Shown piece after piece: positions 23,404 to 36,900 of a stretch of 64,000 nucleotides of DNA. Numbering within the stretch: the stretch's first letter is position 1; each line of letters opens with the position of its first letter. The notes below the pieces were generated by a model, which was not told the DNA's origin, ran no database searches, and worked only from the letters and a program-made list of their open reading frames with translations. Location: positions 12,090,001-12,154,000 of the forward strand of contig NC_135667.1 in assembly GCF_964188315.1 (NCBI RefSeq), written 5' to 3'. The position numbers were made by a program, and so were the translations under genes. The DNA is from Podarcis muralis (taxonomy: Eukaryota).

Positions 23404-26400
23404 CTGGAAAACAAAGCATGTGTTTTAAAATATGGTAGCCCTGATGGAACCTTGAAATGATCATATCTTGATATTACAAAGAAATGAACGAGAGTTGTCA
23501 GGCTGAAATCTAAAAAAAACAAATATTCAGTCTTATTGTGCCATTTTGTTAGAAGGTTGTCATATTCTGGATTGTGTAGAGAAACAAACATCTGATTACC
23601 CTAATTTTTTTATATTTTATATGCTCTGTATAGTATGTCCTTGGGGACGCGGGTGGCGCTGTGTGTAAAAGCCTCAGCGCCTAGGGCTTGCCGATCGAAA
23701 GGTCGGCGGTTCGAATCCCCGCGGCGGGGTGCGCTCCCGTTGCTCGGTCCCAGCGCCTGCCAACCTAGCAGTTCGAAAGCACCTCTGGGTGCAAGTAGAT
23801 AAATAGGGACCGTTTACTGGCGGGAAGGTAAACGGCATTTCCGTGTGCTGTGCTGGCTCGCCAGATGCGGCTTTGTCACACTGGCCACATGACCCGGAAG
23901 TGTCTCCGGACAGTGCTGGCCCCCGGCCTCTTAATGAGATGGGCGCACAACCCTAGAGTCTATCAAGACTGGCCCGTATGGGCAGGGGTACCTTTACCTT
24001 TTATAGTATGTCCTTACCTGTCTGGTTTGATATCTTCCCTTCAGGACATGGAAGGCAATGATAGCAGCAAGATGGCTGCCCTTCCTTCTTTGCCTTATGA
24101 TATCCCAAATTGCAATGGCCATTACAAAGAGAAAGGGGCTGAGCCTGTCCACAAATGAAAAAGGAGAATGTTTTCTCTTTTGCATGCTTCCATATCTACA
24201 ATGTACTATATTATGGAAATCCACTAAGCTATCTCAAACAGGACAGCCAACAGAGGTCAGAAGCCAGATAAGTGTTTAAGGCCACTATTTCCTTGTTACA
24301 CTTAACAATGATAGCAGTCCACATTGGTTGTTCACTTATAGTTATCATAGCTGACATCATGAAAGGTATGTCTTCTCAGCATAATTAGTTGCAGTTACTT
24401 GGTTATACTTTGCTCACTCATCTTTTTGTTATGCCTTTGAGTTCCAATGCATGATTATTTGGAAGTAAGTTACACTGTACACCATAGAACATGTTTCATG
24501 CATACATAGGAACTCAGAATGGTGAGGTCAATACTATACAAGTATGTTGGTGTTTGAACTGTGAACCTCTGTGAAAATGAGTAGTGCAGACACCCCAATA
24601 TATGAACGGACCTTACCTGGTTAAACCTGCTGGGCCACACAATGGCTTCCTCAAAAATGGTGAAAACTTCTTTTTGCGGAGTCATGGGGTCAATCTTTCC
24701 AATTTTAACTCTACAAAAAGACTGGTTTGGAAATGTGATCCAGTTTAGAATATCATATCCAGCTGCTAACTCTCCATTTTCATTGAAGGAAACTTTTTCT
24801 CCAGCACTATTATTAAATGAGATGCTCCTCACAAGATGGTTGAGCTAATAGGGGAAGTGGAAGTGGGGAGAAATTAATGAAAACAGTTAGACAATTATTA
24901 TCTTTCCCACTTGAACAGAAGCTCCCCATTTGTAGAAAGTTCTTCTCAGGGAAACATGCCTATCCCCATCTCTGTCAGCTTCCAGGCACAAAGCTAAACA
25001 TTCCTTTTTGCTTAGGCTTTTGGCTGTTAATTTGGATCATTTCTTGGTATGTTTTTGGCCTTTTTTGTGGTGCTCATCTTTTGGTTGGGTGTGGAGTATT
25101 TATACTTTTTATACCATTGTTGGAAGAGCACTTCAAGAATTTTGTTTGATTTTGTTTTTCCTTTTCATATCTAGCCTTTATTAATGTTTTATTCTGTTGC
25201 TGTTTACTAACTTTGTAAGTAAATTTGAGACTTTTTTTGTAGAAAGTGATGTATAAATGTGAATGTAAATCATTATCCACAGAGTGAATAACATTTTAAA
25301 ATCTGCATGCTGCTAAATTGTTGCTTTCTGCTTTAAAGACTATTATTTTGACTTGGAAAATCAAAAATTCAGCCTTAGAAATTGACACCTAAAGAAGAAC
25401 GAAATCTAAAAGCTATGGGTTGAGGAAAAAGAGGCCAAAAAAGTTGTGTGAAAGGTAAACAATATTCTACTGCCCTTCAGATTCATCATGTGGCTAAGTG
25501 GTTAGAGTTTACTGATTTTTCTCTCCATAATGACTGATACTTAGTGCTAGCTTACATTTTTAATTAACAATGTGTATATATATGAGGAAAGCCAGTATAA
25601 ACCGTTCAGTTATCTCCATTTTATTTTATTTAGTCCCCCCAATTGTTGGTGTATGGTTATTTCACAGATACACAAAGCTAGACCACACATGAATTGTGAC
25701 CAAGGCATTAGTGTTTTTTAAAAAAATTGACTTTGACACAGCACTAGCCGAGGAAAAGCAAAATTCAAACAGCAAAACTGATGAAGTTTTCAAAACTGGG
25801 TGGGAAGGTTGTTGGGAGGAGAGGAATATATCACAACCAGTGCTTCATCTTACTCAGCTGTGAGTGATCGCCAAAAAGAGAGAGAAGATGTGAGGAATGA
25901 GAGAACATTTCCCTCAGTGGAATATTATTATTATCTGTGTATTACTTATTACATTTCTATACTGTCCATAATGATAGTTGCCTTGCAATTTGAATCAACT
26001 GGAATCTCCCATTGACAAGAATAAAGAGTTGACCCCACTTCCTGCAAGCTTCAGTCGCACCCCTAAACTGCTGCTATATAGTACTTTCAGTGATTCACAT
26101 AATGCCATGTGATGTATCTAACATATCACATAATGTGGCCCAAAACAACCTTAGTAAAAAGAAAATTTTCTACAGATTTCTGATGTTCTTTTTGCTCCCA
26201 TAGATATGGTGAACTCCAGATTTAAAAGGGTATTAGCCAACTTCATGGAGAAAAAGGCTATCAATGACTACAAGCCATGACAGCAGACTCAGAGCCTCAA
26301 TGCCTCTGAATATCACCTCCCAAGAGTGGGAGGAGACCATTACTATTGATGTAATCCAGCGAAGCTCATCTCAGGCTCTTTGTGTGTTCAGTATATTACC

Positions 26401-29400
26401 TTCCACAGTTCTTGGCTAAGAAGCTTCATTCTTCCGTCATGCACCATTCCTCTGTGTTTGAATCTAGATGAATACATAGCATGCAAAGCATGTGCCACAG
26501 CATAAACTGCATTGTAGATGCTGTAGCTGTGGCCAGTCATGCTCCTTTCAAAAACTGATGCAGGAAGAGACTCCAGCTTCTCCTCCCCACTGCAGATTTC
26601 CCCATCTTGACTGTCTACCTGGGAGTTGGGGAAGTGACATGCAAATGCATTTTCCCAGAAGTCTCTGATAAAACCATCTTCTTTAGATGAAGTAGGACTT
26701 AAAATCTGAAGAAATTCCTGGAATCCTACAGCTTCACTGGAGTGAACAGCAAAAGATATAGCACCATGGAGGAAGTCTATGTCCCAACCTCTTTGAAAGG
26801 GAAGGGATGTGAAATCCATATGGACTGTCATAATCCAGACCTTGCCTTTTTCTTTTATTGGTACGTCTTGGTGTTGTGAATACTGAAAAAATATGCTCAG
26901 CATGATCATGGTATCTATTTCACCATGAATGACCAAGGCATTAGCATTACTTCTCATGAGAATATTGTGTATTTTGATCCCCTGATCGAACATGTCAACA
27001 ACAGCAGAGGAAAAAGCCATTGTTGGGAATTTTTCTATTAATTCAAAGCAAATGCCTCTCTGGGCATACTTGGGAAGCATGTTCCGCACAAACCTCTCTC
27101 CATTGTCATCACTCACATACAACACCCCAATCCATGTCCACCTGAAATGCAGCAGTAACTGGACAATCCCATTATATTGATGGTTCAGTTTTGGGAATAT
27201 CTGGTTGTAGAGAACTGACTGGGTTTTCTGATCTATCACTGGAGCAGAGCCGTATATGAGCTAAATAAAATGGGGAAAATAAGGATACAGGAAATGATAC
27301 TATCAATATTTAAGGAAAATGTGAGCAGCGGTATTATGTGTAAAGTCTATTTTCTAGATATCAATTCATATTATATTCTGATTTGAATCACTGTATTCAA
27401 GGAGTTGATGAATTAGGACAGTGTTCTCCAACCTGGTGCCCTCGCCCACATGATTTGGAAAACAACTCCCATCAGGCTGAACCAGAATTATGATGGTGGA
27501 TGGAAGTTGTAGCCAAAAACATCTGAAGGGCACTAGACTGAACTAGGAGATTTCAGAATTTCTGAAGTTCCTGTTAGTGGGTGAACTGCAAAGGCACAAC
27601 AGACTGGAGCTACCCTATACACCAGGCTTCCTCAATCTGTTGCCCTCCTGATGTTTTTTTTTACTTCAATTTCCCCCAGCCTTTAGCTGGCGGCTTCATT
27701 TACAATAATGGTAATATAGCTGCATCTTGCTTGGAGACTGATGTGAGTTGTAGCATGTTAAGGACCACTAAGGAGCACCCAACTGCACCTTGTGTTTCCT
27801 TCCTACAGCCAACAGGGATTGCTGATAGATGTTAGAAAGGAGTAGAGCCTGCAGGAAGAGAAGACATGCAATTTTCCCTTCCTGGGGGGCTGCCAGATAA
27901 GTTAGGTGGCAAATAGTCAAAGCCATACAAAGTTTCAGGCTTGGTGAGGTCTCAGGTCCTCTTCTAAAAGAAAGACCAAAGAGAGGGACAGAGGCCAGGC
28001 AGAGACCAGAAATGGAAGAACTGGCTGGAGTCACTGTTGAACAAATAATGAGCAGAAAGCAAAATTCCTAGAAGGACCTTGAGCATCCGGCTTTGCCCAT
28101 GGTAAGGTATATCGACTGGACATGCTTAACAGACCCTAGTCTGGCAAGGTATCCACAGAGATGCCAAATAAGGAACTAGAGTGCCAAAAGAGGTGCTCTC
28201 CTGGCATGGAGACTGTTTTGAGTCTGATAGGGAAGTAAAACTCATTCAGGGTTCATTTACCAGAAAATGCTGCAAGGGCTTAAAAGTTAGTTTTTTCCTT
28301 CTTCATACATTCAACAGCAAGTGCTGAGTTATAGATGCCAGAAAAAGAACGTCTTGGCTTGACCAAGTAGAAACTCTGGATGGATGAATCTGTCAATTTC
28401 ATTTTCTTTCAGTATTTTGTTGTTCCAGTTCTCCACATAAGTTTCCTTTTTTAATTTTTAAGAAACCCCTGTTAAATTCCATTAGTATTTTAATGAGAAT
28501 TTGTCCTGAGGCAGATATAATTATGCACACATTACGTGGCTGGAGAACAGCGTTTCAAAATTTCAAAGGATGGCTGTGTTTAAGATCACATATTATTTTG
28601 GGAAATGCAGATTAAGTAGATTCAGCTTTTAACGCGAACTGGAACAAAAATCCCACCCACCCACCCACCCACACCCACACCTGTCCATAGGAAGGACAGT
28701 ATTTTTTGCTGGCAGATGTGTATTAACCTGTATCACGGGGTGATCAAAGGAGGCTGTATTGATGCTCAGGGTAACTGATGCTGTCTGGGGGCTGCAGAGT
28801 ACGCTGTATCAAATAATGCCCAGTAAAAGCTGTGAGTAACCTGTTTTCATTTTTGTTCAATATGCTGAAGAAAAAAACCCATTGATTTCCTTTTAAATAT
28901 AATGGTTATTTTTCTTTTTAAGCATTTGACCTTAAGGACATATTAAACCACTATGTTCCATGCATACACCTTACCTGTGGAATCTTGTATATGCACAAGG
29001 TATCTGCCATGTAGAGACAGACTTTAGAGTTAGGTCCTCCAATGACTGCTACTGGATTGTTCTGAGGATGACATTTGTAGTTAGGGACAAATCTGCCCCG
29101 TGTAGAGAAGAGTTCCAATGAAGCCTGATAGGTCCATCTTGGATTGAAATAGCTATTGTAGATATGGAAGCCCAGGGTGGCATTGGGGAGGATGTGTGGA
29201 TTTTCATTGATCTCCTTTACAGAAAATACCAAGACCAGAATGTGCTGGTAGATCTGAGTCATGACCCTGAAATGAGAGAAACATGTTATGTGCATTTGCA
29301 TCAGACCAAAGTACTTGTACCATTATCCATATTGGCCAACTAATCCTTTACCAATGAGTGGAGAGACCCTCTGGAATTCAAGGATATTGGGAAAGCATGA

Positions 29401-30802
29401 GATAGAAATGCTGTAGCTTAGTTATAGAACATCTGTCTTGTAAGCAGAAGGTTGCAGGTTCAATCTCCAGCATCACCTAACAAGGCTCAAGTCCCTGCTA
29501 TCTGAAACCCTGGGAAGCCAACTGTCAGACAATGTGTAGACAGTATTTAGCTAGGTGGACTGGCATCCTATGCGCCTAGAGGGCTTTACTCAATGGTGTC
29601 GCTCTCCCTCCTGAAATTCCCCCAGGAGGTTTCTTTCCTTGGTCATGATCGGAAGCAATTTGAAGATGTTTGCATTTGTTCGTGCTTTTGGAAGGAAATA
29701 GGTATTGTTAGGTGCTGTAGGGTTTTTATAAGAGGAAGAAAATAGCAGATATTAGGGAGGGGCAGAGAGTTCATTTAATGGGTATTCCATACAGTTCCAG
29801 AATTAACATAGTTATATGCAGAATTATTTGATAAATCAGAATCCTATGTGAGATCGCATATTCTCATTCTTTTTGTAGTAGGGGCTGCCTGATATTGGAA
29901 ATTCCCTGACTCCCCCCCCCCCATAGTTAGAAATTAGAATGCTTTCAACCATAAATTCACCCTGGTATTGTGCTATCCCCCTTAATCTCTCCAACAATAG
30001 CAAAAACCACCATAGACTCCAGTTATTTTAATTCCAAAAGTCCTTAGACAGTGGAGTTTTATGATCACATTTTCCTTTTATTTGATTGTATGTTGCTAGC
30101 CAGCCTCATCGCCCTTTGAGGAAGAAGGGTAGGATATACATTTTAGGTGCAACAGCTTATAATATGGGAAATCTCATTGTGGAATAGTGAAATAAGGAGA
30201 AGAGGTGTTCTCTCTTTTGCATGTTCATGATTTAAGTATAGCTTCAGAAGCTCATACAGGGGCATGAGATAAGGTTCCTACTGGTGCTGCCTTCAACACT
30301 ATAGCTTGCACCATTCCTTTGGCAACCAACCCACCTTTTAGCCATTCCAACCAAACAGTATATTATTATCCCACACCACATTTTGGCTGAGATGGCCCTC
30401 TGTAGAAATTCCCCATTTATTTTTTTTATCAGGGAAGATATTTTTCAACGTTCACACTGGAACTCCTGAAGAAGAATATATCACATGCAATAGTAAAATC
30501 AGTTAATTTTTTATATATTTAAGGTCTTACAGAGTTTCTTCAAAGAGGTCAATAGAAGGACGGTTTTTGAAGGTTATCGGTTTGAAAATTATAGAGATCT
30601 GAGACATAATGCCTGCAATTATAGCATCTCCTGGCTGGTAATGCTTGTGAAGAATAGGAAGAGGGTCACAGAGTCTGCATTTAATAATTGGACTCTTGCT
30701 TGACACCTGAGGCAGAAGCACTAATACCAATATCACAAATCCCATGATTTTGCATGAAACAGTTCCTTCTGTACACCAGTTCAGCTTTCCCCACATTATC
30801 AT
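22502..30802 (-). CDS. V2R-3, vomeronasal type-2 receptor, complete, about 893 aa (891 from the second ATG)
   Basis: Exons 30531-30802, 28975-29266, 26400-27260, 24617-24844, 24018-24144, 22502-23403; total 2682 bp, open, GT-AG. Confidence 0.95.
23643..24001 (+). mobile_element. Sauria-type SINE, full length
   Basis: tRNA-like head with B box GGTTCGAATCC, (ACCTTT)n tail, 14-bp TSD TATAGTATGTCCTT (23629-23642 and 24002-24015). Confidence 0.93.
24018..24144 (-). CDS. V2R-3 exon 5
   Basis: [42 protein letters not shown], cag/gtaag. Confidence 0.92.
24617..24844 (-). CDS. V2R-3 exon 4
   Basis: ORF 24470-24832, tag/gtaag, 228 bp. Confidence 0.93.
26400..27260 (-). CDS. V2R-3 exon 3
   Basis: ORF 26388-27239, 861 bp, tag/gtaat. 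Confidence 0.94.
28975..29266 (-). CDS. V2R-3 exon 2
   Basis: ORF 28951-29301, 292 bp, cag/gtaag. Confidence 0.94.
29405..29570 (+). mobile_element. Old tRNA-derived SINE
   Basis: Degenerate A and B boxes (gtagcttagttatag, ggttcaatctcc) followed by a non-tRNA body. Confidence 0.6.
30531..30802 (-). CDS. V2R-3 exon 1
   Basis: ORF 30527-30802, [12 protein letters not shown], donor gtaag. Confidence 0.9.
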
Positions 30803-33010
30803 TCAATTTGCTCAATTGCACAACCTGACTTGAATGGAGAACCAGTTCTTTGTTTAAAATTATCACTGATTAGACTGGCAGAGTCCTGACTATTCCTAGC
30901 CCCAGTTCTGAATGGTGCAGTGATTATTATAAGCATTTATAGGTCTTGGTTCGTATTTTTGCTGCTGCTTGATGCAATTCTGTTAGGTCTTGAGAGAAAG
31001 CTGCATTGATTATGGCTGAGCTGATATTGTGAGCAGTAGTAATTAATGACCAACCATAGTTAATGTGATAATTAAAGGGACACACATCTATTTATAATTA
31101 CAGTTATTACATGCACAAAACATATTTACCACATCTCAGCAAAACCTCTCTCTTCACTTGGTTGCAATAGACACAAAGACTTGTAATAACCCACAGCAAG
31201 AAAAGCTTCTCAGAAAAAAGAAGACTTAAAACATATGTGGTGAACATCCAGCCTGAAGGCCAAATGCGCTTCATTAAAGGAACAGGTTTTGACCATTTTC
31301 TCCAAATCATGGCCACCCACCCCGCACCTGATGCCATATGTAGTGTGGTGTGTACAGTGGGAACTGATGTGGCTTATAATATACAATTGGGAGCTAAAGC
31401 AAACTCCTGATCATTCATTTGCTTGAGATGGACCATGAGAGTGCACCTTTCTCTCAGGCGGGGAGAAGTCATTTCCATTAAAACTGCTGTTGAAATAGAA
31501 GAAACAAATCTCTATCTGGCAGTGGTTTCAATGAAAACCGTTCCACCCCCATCACCCACCAATTTGGCTCCTTGAAATGCTGAAAAGTATAGGTTCAAAG
31601 AGCAATGTTAGGCTATTTGATAGCCCTTTTGAAAAGAGCTCCCCGTCACACTTTAAACCTCATAATTGAAATAAATCTTGACTGTACCAAACAATAATCC
31701 AACCCCACTTTGGAAAGTCTGACTTCTACTGGTTTTAGAGTCCCATAATTATGAGAGGGTTCATTCTCATTCTTGTCTTCCTGGAAACATCTGATCAGGA
31801 ATCCAAATATGCCCTCTCTCAGAACAGCAAGAAATTGTGCGTGTAATTCATTAGCTAAGTTAGACTGATTCTACTTACTTCATTGGCAAGTCTCTGTGCT
31901 GCATTGTTGCTTTCCCTCCTAGCAAGCAAACACATGTTCTTGTATCCAAAGTTAATCATGCTTAGAACATGCCCATTGAAAATAATGAATAGTTAGTAAC
32001 TAATTTAGGTCCATGGGTTTCAATTGCTCTACTAAGCATATTTATTTTTCCGATATTGTGCTGAATCATGCAAGCTGAACATTAATATCAAACTTCATGC
32101 TGCTGTCCAGAGAATATTTAATAAACACACAAGACGTAACCGGCTGCATGTATGAAAAAATAATATATACTATTCATTGTATTAAATTGTAGATTTCAAC
32201 AGAAGTAATAAAGTTCAACGAAAAAAGTTGAAATGGCTGCTGAACAATGACAATGGCTTTGTAACTTATAAAGTAGCTCTCTGTTCCTTGGCAGCAAGGA
32301 TGCTTAGGGGGAAAGAACATTTTATATGAGGACTATCTTTTATTCTATGTACCAAAGGATTTTAGTAGATTTGCTTGTGGTTTTACTATTTATTTCATGA
32401 TTATTGATGTTTCAGAGGATGTCATGGCCTTTGGGTAGTGCAATGAATCAGTTCTTTTTATATAAGCAAACAAAACAAACAAGCAAACAAATGCATTTAA
32501 AATATACATTCATTGTTCTGATTGCAAAATTCAACAACTACAAACAATCTGTGACTGAGAAAATGAACTACTATTAAAAAGGCGGAAGATATTTCACCGC
32601 TGCAGTTGGTTCAACTATCCTCCATTGCCAGGGAGTGTTCTTCTTGTAATTCCAATTGGTCTAACCCAACAAATTTTCACAAACTTCATAAAGTACTTCC
32701 ATAGAGGTGGCAGGAAAAAATAGCAGTATGTCTACAAAAAATCTGCCATCTTATCTTTTAATATTCCGCTTGGTGAGGCCAAGTTAAAAATGATGACAAC
32801 AACCCATCACATATTTAAATAAAGTTATTCCTACATTAAAGCCACAGTATTGAGGAATAAAGAATACAACAGTAGCAGAGGGAACATTGCCAGGTAAAAT
32901 CTGAGATGATGATTCTTAAGTAAAAGCCAATCAAACAAATTACTTATTTCTAGGAGAAGTCTTGTTGCTTTCCCATGGGGGATGTGGGTCCCAGAATTTC
33001 AGGTGCATCA

Positions 33011-33909
33011 TTAACTTGTTCTTTTTAGCTGCTCCCTGCTGTTCAATTCCGGCCTCAGGACAATAATATAACATTTTGGGGAAAAGATGCAACCCAGTAA
33101 CCCAGCACTGGAGGCCAGGATGGAGAAGATCTCCACAGCCACCATGAATTTTCCTTTTGTGCTCAGATAGCTTGGAACAAATGAAAGCCACACACTGCAA
33201 AAAACCAACATGCTGAAGGTGATAAACTTGGCTTCATTAAAACTGTCAGGTAACTTCCTGGCTAGGAAGGCTACAGAGAAGCTGACAATGGCCAGCAAGC
33301 CCATAAACCCCAAGACACAGTAGAACATGGTGACAGACCCTTCATTACATTCCAGAACAATTTCTTTACTCATTGAGTGCATGTCTAAATCTGGGAATGG
33401 GGGAGAAGTTGCCAGCCACACAGTACAAAGAGCAGCTTGAATCAAGGAACAGGAAAGAACAATGGAGGTGGCCTGTTGTTTCCCCACCCATTTCCTCATG
33501 CTGGACCCTGGTTTGGTGACCATGAAAGCAAGGACCACAATGATTGTCTTTGTCAACACAGAAGAAACTGCCACTGAAAAGATGATGCCAAAAGCTGTTT
33601 GTCGAAGGAGACATGTCACTTTCTCAGGTCGACCAATGAATAGAAGAGCACAGAGGAAAGAAAGCAAGAGAGAGATGAGGAGAGTGTAGGAGAGGTTGCG
33701 GTTGTTGGCTTTGACTATGGGAGTGTCCCGGTGCCTAATAAAAATCCAAAGCACCAACCCTGTGATGAAAGCAAAAGAGAGAGCAAAACAGGCCAAAGAC
33801 ATCCCCAGTAGTTCTCCATAAGACAAGAAACTTATATCTTTTGGAATGCATGAATCTTTTTCCACGTTTCGGTAATGATCTTGTGGGCACTGAAAGCATT
33901 CATCCATGT
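33011..33909 (-). CDS. V2R-4 exon 6 (7TM)
   Basis: ORF 33011-33907, cag acceptor. Confidence 0.95.
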
Positions 33910-36900
33910 CTGAAAAAGAGAAGCCAGATTTCTATACAGCATTTATGTGAATTACAAAAATGTAGAAATATAATTAAAATGAAAGTTGCCATGCTGATAT
34001 AAGAAATGCAAGTTTACAGTCTCCTCATGTAATCACGCTAACAAGTTGTGGAGAGATTTTTCATGGGCCACACATGTCTTTGGAAGCCCAGTAGTATCAC
34101 CTTACAGGTATTACCACTTGGAAAGGATCTGGAACATGTCTATTTCCTCTTTATGTTAATTCTGAATGGGTATCTTAACAGTCATTTCCTCCATTTTTAT
34201 TTCTGCATTAATCTGGATATTCCAACTATAATACATATTTAAATGTAAGCGATGCTAGATTTAGATTGCTGACAACTGTGCTGAACCACATTTAAGTGAA
34301 GGGTCAGATGCAATCAATATAGATGTTCTAATCTGCACCTTTATCCAAGAAATATTCTTTAATTAATTTTCTACCAGAATCTGCAGATATTTAATTCCTC
34401 CAAAGCTCTCAGCATCACTGCCTCCGGCAAGTTTCAATAAATTATTAGGATTGGTATTAGTTCTACCATGGTGTTAATTGAATCATGGTGTTGACTAGGA
34501 GAGCACTGAGATCTGTAACAAAATTTTGCAGTGTTGGAATCCCACTGTTCAATATTTTCCATTCCACTTCCTCTCTTATCATATATTCTTTTCTGCCGCA
34601 ACACATCAGTCTCCATCCCATAGCCATTTAGCACACCTTGTATTCATGGGGGGGGGGTGCTGCTGCAAGCCTAGTGGTTCTTCCAAGCAAGTTTGTATAT
34701 CTCCACCTAGTGTTTGAACTCTGATTTCCCCCCCCCTACATGATGACTGGCACTCTGAGTGCTGAGATTCCTATTAGTACTCCAAACCCCCATATCAGCA
34801 GCCCCAATAATCCTTAAATTTTGAACATTTCCAGCAAACATAACTTTCCTTACCTGTCTGGTTGGAAATCTTTCCTTCCGCACATGGAAGGCAATCATAG
34901 CAGCAAAATGGCTCTCCTTCCTTCTTTGCCTTATGATATCCCAAATGGCAATGGTCATTACAAAGAGAAAGGGGCTGTGCCTGTCCACAAATGAAAGAGG
35001 ATAATGGTTTCTCCTTTGGAAAATTGCATATCAATAATGTTCTGTATTATGGAAATCTACTGAGCTATCTCATACAGGCCAGCCAATGGAGGTCAGGAGC
35101 CAGAAAGCTATTAAAGACCAGCATTTCATTATTACAATTACAGCCCCCTTTGGTTGGTCAGTTCTGCGCTACTTTAGATAATATTATTATCTAAAGTCTC
35201 ACTCCAATGGCTAATACTCACAACTGGAGATGACATTGAAACAGCTAAATAGAATTAGATCTCATCTCATTGCAGACACTATTGACTATTTAAAAATATG
35301 AGGAGCATATTGAATTCCAGTCCTTGCATCTAATCTCATTCTGGAGGCCATGTGGAAATATGTTGGGTTTATTTTAGAATTCCACAATGGCAATATACCT
35401 GGAATAATAACAATATCTCTGGAATATCTGGAGCCACTGCTATCACTGCGAAGAACANNNNNNNNNNNNNNNNNNNNNNNNNNNNNNNNNNNNNNNNNNN
35501 NNNNNNNNNNNNNNNNNNNNNNNNNNNNNNNNNNNNNNNNNNNNNNNNNNNNNNNNNNNNNNNNNNNNNNNNNNNNNNNNNNNNNNCCCATCAGACTGGG
35601 TTGGCCCAACCACTCTGGGTGTTAACATTTGCACATATCATAAAAATTGGAACTCTGTGCAGCAACTTGTTTTTTGAAACACATTGGCAGTAAGTTGCGT
35701 TTCAAGCCACCCCCCTAAATAAATCACAATTCACACAGAAATTTTTGTTTAAGGTTTTTTGGCATAATTTTGGCCACAACTTTATTAAAATACATGTGAG
35801 TGGTTGCTTAAGCATTGGTTACGACTATCTGTCCCTGCCCTGGGACAGAACTGACTTCCAGATTCCATCGAAAGCCAGTAAAGGAAAACAATATTGGGGA
35901 GAGAATGGGGCTGGGCACCATACCAATCAACCCCTCCCTGCATGCTCCCAGGGGCTTGCAAGGCCCTAGGCCCTTTCCAGGGATACGGACAAAAGTATGG
36001 CAAACCTCTGGATTCCTTTAACAGAATTCCCTTGCAGCAGCAGCATTGGAGTGACAGGCACAGGCAACCCTTACCCCACCACCAACCAAATTTTAACTGC
36101 AAAAACCAAATGGCACCAGCCAATCTGCCAAAATTCCTACCAGGCTCCTGCCCCAAAAGCAGACAACCCCATGACAGGCATAGCAATGTCAAATTCAACA
36201 GCCCTAAATTAGGGAGGTTGGGCGGACGATCCGATGCATGCAGCAAAAGAGACTGAAAAAAAGCTGCGTACCAAGAATATATAACCTTCAGGCCTACCCT
36301 CTAAATGGCAACATCAAATTCTCCCCAACAACCCAAATTGGCCCAATCACAGTCATGGCCATCCCAACGGTCCCACCCAGTAACCAAGTGGGGATGTCCT
36401 GTTAGACCCCACCGCAACACGTGCTCTCCATGAAGGAGAACATGCTTTGCATTGTATTATATATATAATTCTATCCTTGATAAATTCACACTAAATTACT
36501 ATGTTTGAAGTTAAATTTATTAATTTGGCTTCAAAGGTTTCCAGGAGGAAGATCTTCTTTGGTTAAAAGAATGGGTGACATAACTTACTTGTCACATAGA
36601 GAAGACCACTTCTACATATGTCCCCATGTGTACCCTAAACGCACGGGTGAACAGAACGATGTCAGTATCAGAACTGTAAAGCACAGTGGAAGTGACTGGT
36701 AAATAGACCCCACTATATGAATGGACCTTACCTGGTTAAACCTGCTGGGCCACACAAGGCCTTTTTCATGAATACTGAACGCTTCTTCTTGGGGAGCCAT
36801 GGACTCAACTTTCCCAACTTTGACTCTATGAAAAGACTGGTTTGGGAATGTGACCCAATTGATGATATCAAATACAGCTTCTATCTCTCCATATTCATTG

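Noticed and set aside
29405-29480. tRNA gene
   Set aside because: A and B boxes are degenerate, no cloverleaf closes, and it continues into a SINE-like body; the Sauria SINE heads were rejected for the same reason.
35286-35693. ORFs containing X runs
   Set aside because: Artefacts of translating through the N gap.
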